Virus record (IMG/VR): IMGVR_UViG_3300024991_000003
Strand: one strand, 5' to 3'
DNA: 54,953 bases
Source: a virus
Shown here: piece after piece, positions 1 through 6,042 of the stretch
How positions within the stretch are numbered: the first letter of the stretch is position 1
Layout: each line of letters opens with the position of its first letter
Translations under genes and position numbers: made by a program
The notes under the pieces: model-generated
Database searches by the model: none
The model's input: only the letters and a program-made list of their open reading frames with translations
What the model was told of the DNA's origin: nothing

Positions 1-127
1 AGATGCAGCGTTGTGATGCACCATTGAGATAGCTTGATGATCGCTAGATCTGTTGCATTTGGACGTGATTAGCCCTGATAACCATATAGGCTAATTTGAC
101 CACTGGCTTGTTTCACACCCCCCCCCC
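1..127. repeat. Terminal duplication, exact copy of 54827..54953 (circular closure/assembly overlap or short terminal repeat)
   Basis: Read directly: both ends run agatgcagcgttgtgatgcacc...ggcttgtttcaca + 10 C; 127/127 identical. Confidence 0.95.
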
Positions 128-128
128 C
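118..128. repeat. C11 homopolymer tract
   Basis: cacaCCCCCCCCCCCtag read directly; non-coding; abuts the AT-rich block. Confidence 0.95.
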
Positions 129-130
129 TA

Positions 131-185
131 GAAATTTTGATAAGTTATATAAATAATAACGTTTATATATAACATATCATTTATC
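131..185. promoter_or_regulatory. Strongly AT-rich block (candidate DNA-unwinding element)
   Basis: gaaattttgataagttatataaataataacgtttatatataacatatcatttatc; almost no G/C; next to repeats and bent DNA. Confidence 0.4.
140..148 (+). promoter_or_regulatory. ATAAGTTAT 9-mer site (shared operator-like motif)
   Basis: Same 9-mer at 223..231 and 6058..6066; complement ATAACTTAT twice in each 48-bp repeat. Confidence 0.5.
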
Positions 186-222
186 AGATTTTCTACCTGA
201 TAGGGTGGGTGTAACAGGGATT

Positions 223-231
223 ATAAGTTAT
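223..231 (+). promoter_or_regulatory. ATAAGTTAT 9-mer site
   Basis: ttATAAGTTATaaac read directly; see 140..148. Confidence 0.5.
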
Positions 232-241
232 AAACGCCCCC

Positions 242-325
242 AAAATCCGAAAAACCCGTAAAATCGTCTAAAAACGCCCCCAAAAACCGCCAAAATCTGT
301 AAAATTTCCCCTAACCTCCAAAATC
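242..325. other. Helically phased A-tracts (intrinsic DNA bend)
   Basis: A4-5 runs start at 242, 250, 260, 270, 282, 292, 301 and 320, mostly 8-12 bp apart. Confidence 0.6.
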
Positions 326-344
326 CACCCTCAGGCGTAAATTT

Positions 345-392
345 TGATAACTTATATAACTTATCAAAATTTATCGCTCCCCCTATGTCAAA
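345..392 (+). repeat. 48-bp perfect direct repeat, copy 1 (contains near-palindrome TGATAAcTTATATAAcTTATCA)
   Basis: tgataacttatataacttatcaaaatttatcgctccccctatgtcaaa is identical to 442..489. Confidence 0.95.
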
Positions 393-441
393 CGCTATCG
401 ATCATACCATTCCGCAAGGCGCTTTTATGGGTCTCATAATC

Positions 442-489
442 TGATAACTTATATAACTTATCAAAATTTATCGCTCCCCCTATGTCAAA
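442..489 (+). repeat. 48-bp perfect direct repeat, copy 2
   Basis: Identical to 345..392; the two copies are 97 bp apart start to start. Confidence 0.95.
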
Positions 490-676
490 ATTACCGCACA
501 CACCTTGACAATCAAGCTCACAAACCCCATTGTCCAAATCAGGCCAAGCGCTACGGCGCATGACTGGCTCAGGTGGCACACCTTTAGAACCGGACAATAT
601 CGGGTAGTCCTAAATTCCCCCGGCGCGCAGCGATAGGCAAGGCTGCAAAACAGGCCCAAATTTCGGAGTAACCGAT

Positions 677-1261
677 ATGTATACCGCACCTCGCCACCCC
701 GATTACATCGCCCGCAAGCGATTTGCGCTTGCCGTCGAGCGCGCCGCGCGCCTTGATGCGATCAATGGCCATCCCAATAATTGCGGCGCATATGCGGCCG
801 ATAGCGTTCTCTATTATAACTATCGAGCGGCATATGCCCGCGCTCTGGCATGGAAAGCACATTGCAACGCTGAGATCGTGGCACAAACCCACGCCGCTAT
901 CATTGACGCGCAAATTTACATCGCAACGCTGCAAGTGGGGCATATCTGGCGCGGCACGTTGCCTGAGGCCTACGCGCGCTATCCGCACTCCAATTGGTTG
1001 CGCATGATTTGGAAGGCCACGGCGCAATCATGTTTGAATGACGTAACGGTTTACGCTCGTTGGGACGCATCAAACGCCATTACCCGTATCGAGCGCCGCG
1101 CGCCTACTTGGGTTTTCCATGATGGCCGATGCATGCCCCATATCTTGGCACAAGCGCCTAAAACCCGCATCAATGCCCGCTTCATGGGCGGCCATGATCC
1201 TATCTATGATATGCGGGCCGATTGCTTGAATTGGGCACTTATCGCATCTTGGACAATTTAA
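677..1261 (+). CDS. hypothetical early protein (194 aa)
   Basis: Track ORF; ATG 12 nt after GGAGTAAC (665..672); first gene after the control region; no motif recognised. Confidence 0.7.
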   Translation: MYTAPRHPDYIARKRFALAVERAARLDAINGHPNNCGAYAADSVLYYNYRAAYARALAWKAHCNAEIVAQTHAAIIDAQIYIATLQVGHIWRGTLPEAYARYPHSNWLRMIWKATAQSCLNDVTVYARWDASNAITRIERRAPTWVFHDGRCMPHILAQAPKTRINARFMGGHDPIYDMRADCLNWALIASWTI

Positions 1262-1276
1262 CGGAGTAACCACACC

Positions 1277-1699
1277 ATGCTTAAAATGCCTTTCACACCG
1301 TCCGAGCGTAAGGCCATTGATAAGGCTTTTGACGCCATCACTCATCTTTGCAGCGAAACAAATTGGAATGATGCACCCACATGGCGCGCAGGTATTGCTG
1401 CACTCCGCAAGGGTGGTAAACCAGCTTGCAAATGGGAATTGCGCGCAAGAGCCATCAAACCATGGTATCATGGCGCAACCGATTGGCAGGCTAATAAACC
1501 GCTGCATGATTGCCCGATTGATTATGCGCCGTGGTGTGTCCAATTGTGGGCGCTTGGCGCAATCCAGATGCGCGACAATCCTAGCAAGCCTGAGATGCAA
1601 GAGGTGCTGCAATATGCCCCTCAGGCTATTGCAGCTTATGACAGGGCGCGTGATGCATGGGGTGATACAATCACGCGCCGTGCTCATAAAGGGGAGTAA
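1277..1699 (+). CDS. hypothetical early protein (140 aa)
   Basis: Track ORF; ATG 14 nt after GGAGTAAC (1263..1270); its GAG-TAA end forms the next cassette. Confidence 0.75.
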   Translation: MLKMPFTPSERKAIDKAFDAITHLCSETNWNDAPTWRAGIAALRKGGKPACKWELRARAIKPWYHGATDWQANKPLHDCPIDYAPWCVQLWALGAIQMRDNPSKPEMQEVLQYAPQAIAAYDRARDAWGDTITRRAHKGE

Positions 1700-1704
1700 C
1701 AGCT

Positions 1705-2043
1705 ATGACTGTAACCTGCAAAATCCAGCCCGATGGCAATTTGCTCATTACCGCAAACAACGCAATGCGCAGTGAGATTGCCGATGCATTGCACTCAGGC
1801 CGGTCAAACGCCGCCATATGGGCAGACCTGCTAGAGCCTTACGCATGCAATGGCTCATTTGCCGATTGTGAGGGTCTGATAGCGCTTTGGGACGGCCCTG
1901 CCATTTGTGAATGGGTGGACTATACTTTAGCCGGTGACCCCGTCCCTATGGGCCGCATTTGGGCATTTATGCGATATGAGGTGGAGTGCCCATTGCAGCA
2001 ATTGGCGCGCTATGGACGTTGCATCTTTAGGGGTGTGCCGTGA
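1705..2043 (+). CDS. hypothetical early protein (112 aa)
   Basis: Track ORF; ATG 12 nt after GGAGTAAC (1693..1700). Confidence 0.75.
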   Translation: MTVTCKIQPDGNLLITANNAMRSEIADALHSGRSNAAIWADLLEPYACNGSFADCEGLIALWDGPAICEWVDYTLAGDPVPMGRIWAFMRYEVECPLQQLARYGRCIFRGVP

Positions 2044-2252
2044 TCCACACATACACGCATATTTGCATTTATCGCGATGGATCGCATACTATCGAGCGAG
2101 GTAAACCCATCGATAGTATGCGATTGGTCATGATGGATCACCGCAACAAAATCGGCAATCGGGCTGACTTCTTGGAGCAAATCAACCGCTGGAATAGGCA
2201 AGCCATTATCGGCAATCTATCCGGCCTCACTCATATCTACGTAGCGGAGTAA
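2040..2252 (+). CDS. hypothetical early protein (70 aa)
   Basis: Track ORF; GTG start overlaps the upstream TGA (GTGA); ends ..VAE-TAA inside the next cassette. Confidence 0.6.
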   Translation: MIHTYTHICIYRDGSHTIERGKPIDSMRLVMMDHRNKIGNRADFLEQINRWNRQAIIGNLSGLTHIYVAE

Positions 2253-2257
2253 CAGCT

Positions 2258-2620
2258 ATGACACATTTTGTAATCCATTCCAGCGGCCCCAATGGCGTTA
2301 AATTTGACGTTAACGCCATTCCGTCCCAATCGCCTAGCGCGCTATGGGACGGTGTGAATGAATGTTTCATTCGTCCCTGCCCCGAAGATATGGAGGCATT
2401 CCTTCCTTATCGCTGGCGCAAAGCATGGGAGCGCGCGGGGCGACATTTTTGGTTTGATAAGCATGGCGGTATCGATGCCGATACGGGGCGATACACCGGC
2501 ACAATCCCGCATATCACTTTGCTGGATAGGCGCGGCAAATTTCTCACAACGCTTTATGCCATCCCTAGCGCTGACTTTAACCCGCGCGCTATGTCATTTG
2601 CCCATATCAAACCGGAGTAA
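2258..2620 (+). CDS. hypothetical early protein (120 aa)
   Basis: ATG 12 nt after GGAGTAAC (2246..2253); C-terminal LLDRRGKFL resembles LFDGRGKYL in 4655..5035. Confidence 0.75.
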   Translation: MTHFVIHSSGPNGVKFDVNAIPSQSPSALWDGVNECFIRPCPEDMEAFLPYRWRKAWERAGRHFWFDKHGGIDADTGRYTGTIPHITLLDRRGKFLTTLYAIPSADFNPRAMSFAHIKPE

Positions 2621-2627
2621 CCACAAC

Positions 2628-2870
2628 ATGCATGATCCTAAAGCCATTCGCCTATTTGTCCGAGCAAGCCGAGAAGCGCCGCGCAATCGATACCTGCAAG
2701 CATCGCTGGACAATCTGACAAAGCACTATCTCAGCGGTCAATTTTGCAAGCTAAAGGCGCTGCGATTGCTGGCAAACAACGCGCGGGATTATGATCGCAA
2801 TGTTACGCCCCCCATTGCGCGGGATTTTGCGGATTTGGTATTGACCGCATGGCAAAATGGGCGCATTTAG
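2628..2870 (+). CDS. hypothetical early protein (80 aa)
   Basis: Track ORF 2358..2870 trimmed to the ATG 14 nt after GGAGTAAC (2614..2621); the upstream part overlaps 2258..2620 out of frame. Confidence 0.65.
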   Translation: MHDPKAIRLFVRASREAPRNRYLQASLDNLTKHYLSGQFCKLKALRLLANNARDYDRNVTPPIARDFADLVLTAWQNGRI

Positions 2871-2926
2871 CAGGCTCAATGCAACGCAAACCGGAGGCCA
2901 CACGGCCCCAAACGGAGTAACCGACA

Positions 2927-3184
2927 ATGACAAGTGAACTTTTCAAGGCAATGATCAAAACGGAAGCGGCATTTAACCGCGACAATCTTTCGCTTGAAAA
3001 GATGCGAATTGCAGATGGTGCGCGTAAAACGTATTATGATGCGCTCGAAAAGGCGCGCACCAATTGGCGGTCCGTTGTTCACAAAAATAAAGAAAGTGCA
3101 GAGGAAAACGCAAATGATACCGACGGAACGCATGAAGATGCGCTTTACTGGTTTGAAATTGCGGAACGCTCACTTGATTTTTAA
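2927..3184 (+). CDS. hypothetical early protein (85 aa)
   Basis: Track ORF; ATG 13 nt after GGAGTAAC (2914..2921). Confidence 0.7.
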   Translation: MTSELFKAMIKTEAAFNRDNLSLEKMRIADGARKTYYDALEKARTNWRSVVHKNKESAEENANDTDGTHEDALYWFEIAERSLDF

Positions 3185-3203
3185 TAGAACGGAGTAACCC
3201 CAA

Positions 3204-3422
3204 ATGCGTATCAAACTCATTCTCACGCTTGCCGCGATGTTTTCCGCCATCGGCGCGTATGTGTGGCACATCGCCACGATCACCAATCCCGCCCCGCGCC
3301 ATGCAATCATTCAAATCCTGCACGGTAATATTTATGTGCAGGATCACGATTTAACGCTGAACGATTGCGCGCAGCTTGTCACCCATTACCCCCATGCATT
3401 TTGCGCCAGCCAGCCGGAGTAA
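3204..3422 (+). CDS. small membrane protein (72 aa)
   Basis: ATG 13 nt after GGAGTAAC (3191..3198); N-terminal hydrophobic helix ILTLAAMFSAIGAYVW. Confidence 0.7.
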   Translation: MRIKLILTLAAMFSAIGAYVWHIATITNPAPRHAIIQILHGNIYVQDHDLTLNDCAQLVTHYPHAFCASQPE

Positions 3423-3427
3423 CCGCC

Positions 3428-3709
3428 ATGCATAAAGCAACCGCAAACCGCATCCGCCAAGAGGCCATCGCGCAGCTTGCCGCGCCGGTATTGGACTATC
3501 AAATCCACCCCACAAATATCGAGTTTTTTGATGCGCGCACCGGCCACACCATTAAGCGCGGCAAGCTGCACAAGGGTGAGACGTGGCATTCCTGCTATAA
3601 CCGCCTCATGCGCCCCAAGCCGTGGATCAGCATCCGCAAGGTCGGCGGCATCTGGCATTGGCGCATTGGTCCGATTGGTGGATCGCTTTACATGGCAAAG
3701 GGGCGCTGA
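3428..3709 (+). CDS. hypothetical early protein (93 aa)
   Basis: Track ORF 3365..3709 trimmed to the ATG 12 nt after GGAGTAAC (3416..3423). Confidence 0.65.
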   Translation: MHKATANRIRQEAIAQLAAPVLDYQIHPTNIEFFDARTGHTIKRGKLHKGETWHSCYNRLMRPKPWISIRKVGGIWHWRIGPIGGSLYMAKGR

Positions 3710-3710
3710 G

Positions 3711-3929
3711 ATGGCACATATTACCCGCCCTGAACGATATGAGGCTGCTATTTGGCGCGGCAATGGCTCAGATAGGTCGCGATGGGCAGTAGTAGGCCCG
3801 ACAGGCTGCTATACGTTCCCGTCCGCATATGGGCGCAAAAATGCGGAAAGGCTTGCCGCGCGTATGACAAGGGAAGCGGAGGCATATCAAGAGCGTTTGC
3901 TTGATATTTATATTGGGCCGCGCGCTTAA
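3711..3929 (+). CDS. hypothetical early protein (72 aa)
   Basis: Track ORF 3477..3929 trimmed to the ATG after aGGGGcgctgag; N-terminus MAHITRPE resembles MSHITRPD of 4445..4648. Confidence 0.6.
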   Translation: MAHITRPERYEAAIWRGNGSDRSRWAVVGPTGCYTFPSAYGRKNAERLAARMTREAEAYQERLLDIYIGPRA

Positions 3930-3940
3930 CGCTATTCTAG

Positions 3941-3966
3941 AGACACCCTTGCATGCAAGGGTGTCT
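3941..3966 (+). promoter_or_regulatory. Intercistronic perfect 26-bp palindrome (RNA hairpin) with conserved flanks
   Basis: agacacccttgcatgcaagggtgtct equals its reverse complement; flanked by TTCTAG (3935..3940) and TATGAGTAA (3967..3975), as at 5036..5080. Confidence 0.6.
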
Positions 3967-3996
3967 TATGAGTAACGTAAACCGGAGTAACCTAAC

Positions 3997-4308
3997 ATGG
4001 CACAACATATCTATCAGGTTGAATTGACCGACACATTTGGCGGCGAAGCTAATTATTCATGGGTTAACCGCGCAACCGTCCGCATGCCCGAATTGACGCA
4101 TTACGGTTATACGGGCGCTCCCGATGGATCATATGCCCGCGCAAACCGCGCATATAACCGCGAATTGATGCGCCGCGCAAAGGCGGCAATGGGTCTGACT
4201 GGTGTGCGCGGTGTCACTACACAATGCGGCGATGGCTTGGAATTCCGCCCTTACGGTCTCTTGCAAGTCATGTTTGTGACTTATGAGGATATGGCGGAGA
4301 CGTTTTAA
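3997..4308 (+). CDS. hypothetical early protein (103 aa)
   Basis: Track ORF; ATG 13 nt after GGAGTAAC (3984..3991). Confidence 0.75.
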   Translation: MAQHIYQVELTDTFGGEANYSWVNRATVRMPELTHYGYTGAPDGSYARANRAYNRELMRRAKAAMGLTGVRGVTTQCGDGLEFRPYGLLQVMFVTYEDMAETF

Positions 4309-4439
4309 TGGATAATCCCCGCGCAATTCTCGCCGCTCTGGCGCTCTTGCTCTTGGCAATGGTGGCGCTGCAATACATGGGTGTGGCAAGCTGCAACGGC
4401 GATGCACAATGCATTCGCGCCACCAATCAACCGGAGTAA
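4308..4439 (+). CDS. small membrane protein (43 aa), absent from the ORF track
   Basis: Hand translation MDNPRAILAALALLLLAMVALQYMGVASCNGDAQCIRATNQPE; TAATG overlap with the upstream stop; ends GAG-TAA in cassette 4433..4440. Confidence 0.55.
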   Translation: MDNPRAILAALALLLLAMVALQYMGVASCNGDAQCIRATNQPE

Positions 4440-4444
4440 ACGAT

Positions 4445-4648
4445 ATGTCACATATTACCCGCCCTGATGGCTCCAAGGTACATTGCTACGCGCCGGGGGA
4501 TGGTCATTTGTCCTACGCAGTGGGATGTGAGGGCAAGGCGCGATCCTATGACATAACAGATGATGGTGCGCGCCAGCTTTGCCCCAATGGTTGGGAAGTT
4601 TACAAAGATGGCCCTTATCATCGCGCGCGCCCCATCAAACCGGAGTAA
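4445..4648 (+). CDS. hypothetical early protein (67 aa)
   Basis: Track ORF 4409..4648 trimmed to the ATG 12 nt after GGAGTAAA (4433..4440); ends ..IKPE-TAA. Confidence 0.65.
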   Translation: MSHITRPDGSKVHCYAPGDGHLSYAVGCEGKARSYDITDDGARQLCPNGWEVYKDGPYHRARPIKPE

Positions 4649-4654
4649 CCCATT

Positions 4655-5035
4655 ATGATTTACAATGATCGTTTTGATCCTCGCATTATGCCCCGCTCTG
4701 GCGCACCGCGCGTTGTCGGTATCAAGTCCGAATATACCGAAACGATTGATGGTTACATTTGCCGCCGCTCTCGCGTTGTATATGCTATTTGTGGGTGCGA
4801 CTATGGATGGTTGCATACTGCCGGCGGCGATATTCGGACGTGGGGTAGTCGGTCCGGTGCAATGGCGCATTTAAAACGCCATATTCTGCCATTCGATTAT
4901 GGTGCGCGCCGCGACTATCGCAAAATCGATTTGTTTGATGGGCGCGGTAAATACCTTTGCAGCACAACATGGGCGCGCGATTGCAATGAAGCGCTAGACC
5001 ATTGCCACGGCGCATATAAGGCGCGTTTTGCATAA
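4655..5035 (+). CDS. hypothetical early protein (126 aa)
   Basis: Track ORF; ATG 13 nt after GGAGTAAC (4642..4649). Confidence 0.75.
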   Translation: MIYNDRFDPRIMPRSGAPRVVGIKSEYTETIDGYICRRSRVVYAICGCDYGWLHTAGGDIRTWGSRSGAMAHLKRHILPFDYGARRDYRKIDLFDGRGKYLCSTTWARDCNEALDHCHGAYKARFA

Positions 5036-5042
5036 TTCTAGC

Positions 5043-5069
5043 AGCGCCCTTGCCATGCGTAGGGGCGCT
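5043..5069 (+). promoter_or_regulatory. Intercistronic hairpin with the same flanks as 3941..3966
   Basis: agcgccc-N13-gggcgct; preceded by TTCTAG (5036..5041) and followed by TATGAGTTA (5071..5079). Confidence 0.5.
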
Positions 5070-5093
5070 ATATGAGTTATGGGAGTAACGACA

Positions 5094-5450
5094 ATGACAA
5101 CGCCAAAGACACTTACGCCCGCGCAACAGGCTTTGCTTGCGCGGGATGATTTGCATCATAGCGCCGTGGCATTTGCCGCCGCTTGCCGCGCATCGCGGGA
5201 ATGGAGTGAGATGTTTTCCCTCGCACTGGCTCGATACGGCAACCATGGCGCGGCCATTAGCGGTTGCGGGCGCAATCACTTCCCCGATCACGTTAAGGAC
5301 ACCTTGCGCGCTCTGGCACGTCGATGTGCGGAGCGTTGCGATACGGCCCACGCTGCGCGCCCTCACGGTGTCCGAGCGGCCACAATCCGTAAGCTAGGGC
5401 AAACTGTGGCAACGCGCGATGGCGTAGGCTTCTATGGGCCGCAACCGTAG
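5094..5450 (+). CDS. hypothetical early protein (118 aa)
   Basis: Track ORF 5079..5450 trimmed to the ATG 12 nt after GGAGTAAC (5082..5089); last gene of the array. Confidence 0.65.
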   Translation: MTTPKTLTPAQQALLARDDLHHSAVAFAAACRASREWSEMFSLALARYGNHGAAISGCGRNHFPDHVKDTLRALARRCAERCDTAHAARPHGVRAATIRKLGQTVATRDGVGFYGPQP

Positions 5451-5488
5451 GCCCAAACCGCCACAAATCCCCCGCTCCAAAGTAATAG

Positions 5489-5525
5489 AGCGCCATGCGG
5501 GTTAGGCATGGCGCTTTTTTGTTTT
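5489..5525 (+). terminator. Rho-independent terminator closing the early array
   Basis: agcgccatgc-gggttag-gcatggcgct (10-bp stem) followed by tttttgtttt. Confidence 0.8.
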
Positions 5526-5532
5526 GGCCCCC

Positions 5533-5553
5533 AGCGCCCGCCATAGCGGCCCC
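5533..5553 (+). repeat. 21-bp direct repeat, copy 1
   Basis: agcgcccgccatagcggcccc is identical to 5612..5632; CCATAGCG occurs three times in 5541..5627. Confidence 0.9.
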
Positions 5554-5611
5554 ACGGAGAGCAAGTAATGCATAGGCACCCATAACCCCCGCGCAACGCC
5601 AGACGCGCCAT

Positions 5612-5632
5612 AGCGCCCGCCATAGCGGCCCC
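5612..5632 (+). repeat. 21-bp direct repeat, copy 2
   Basis: Identical to 5533..5553. Confidence 0.9.
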
Positions 5633-5784
5633 CTCAACCTACCCGGTCTGGGGATGGTCCGGCACGTCCGGCATGCCTCCCTACGCCCCTTGACGCGCAT
5701 CATGTAACGCGCATCAAACCATTGAAAACATTGGGTTTTGCCAGCGATCGCAGGGCCGCGGCCACCTGATGTAATCGATTGTTG

Positions 5785-5804
5785 TGAACCTGAATTCAGG
5801 TTCA
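5785..5804. promoter_or_regulatory. Perfect 20-bp palindrome (operator-like)
   Basis: tgaacctgaattcaggttca equals its own reverse complement; non-coding, ~100 bp upstream of the iterons. Confidence 0.5.
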
Positions 5805-5899
5805 TATTTGACGAAAAATCCAATAAAATCAGTCACTTAGCCCCAAACTGTAACGGTTACATCAGAAAAATCGTTTAAAATCAATGGGTTACGGTTGCA

Positions 5900-6037
5900 G
5901 GGGCGGGAGAACCCCGATCAGGGGCGGGAGAACCCCGATCAGGGGCGGGAGAACCCCGATCAGGGGCGGGAGAACCCCGATCAGGGGCGGGAGAACCCCG
6001 ATCAGGGGCGGGAGAACCCCGATCAGGGGCGGGAGAA
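5900..6037 (+). repeat. Tandem array of 6 perfect 21-bp units plus a 12-bp partial 7th (iteron-like)
   Basis: ggggcgggagaaccccgatca at 5900, 5921, 5942, 5963, 5984 and 6005, then ggggcgggagaa at 6026; one GATC per full unit. Confidence 0.95.
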
Positions 6038-6042
6038 TGGAG

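Noticed and set aside
345-489. Possible mini-CRISPR (two repeats and one 49-bp spacer)
   Set aside because: The repeats are 48 bp, AT-rich and contain an operator-like near-palindrome. There is only one spacer and no leader or cas context, so a promoter, operator or iteron reading is simpler.
388-1027. Minus-strand ORFs (69-147 aa) across the control region and the first early gene
   Set aside because: They span the 48-bp repeats and A-tract DNA or are antisense to 677..1261. They have no SDs and their composition is implausible.
5640-5670. Sigma-54 promoter (GGCACG...) in the GC-rich island; similar TGGCAC/TGGCAT words occur at about 573 and 54623
   Set aside because: The -12 TTGC element is missing or at the wrong spacing in all three cases.
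5900-6037. Possible CRISPR array
   Set aside because: The units are directly abutting with no spacers, 21 bp is too short for a CRISPR repeat, and no cas genes are present.
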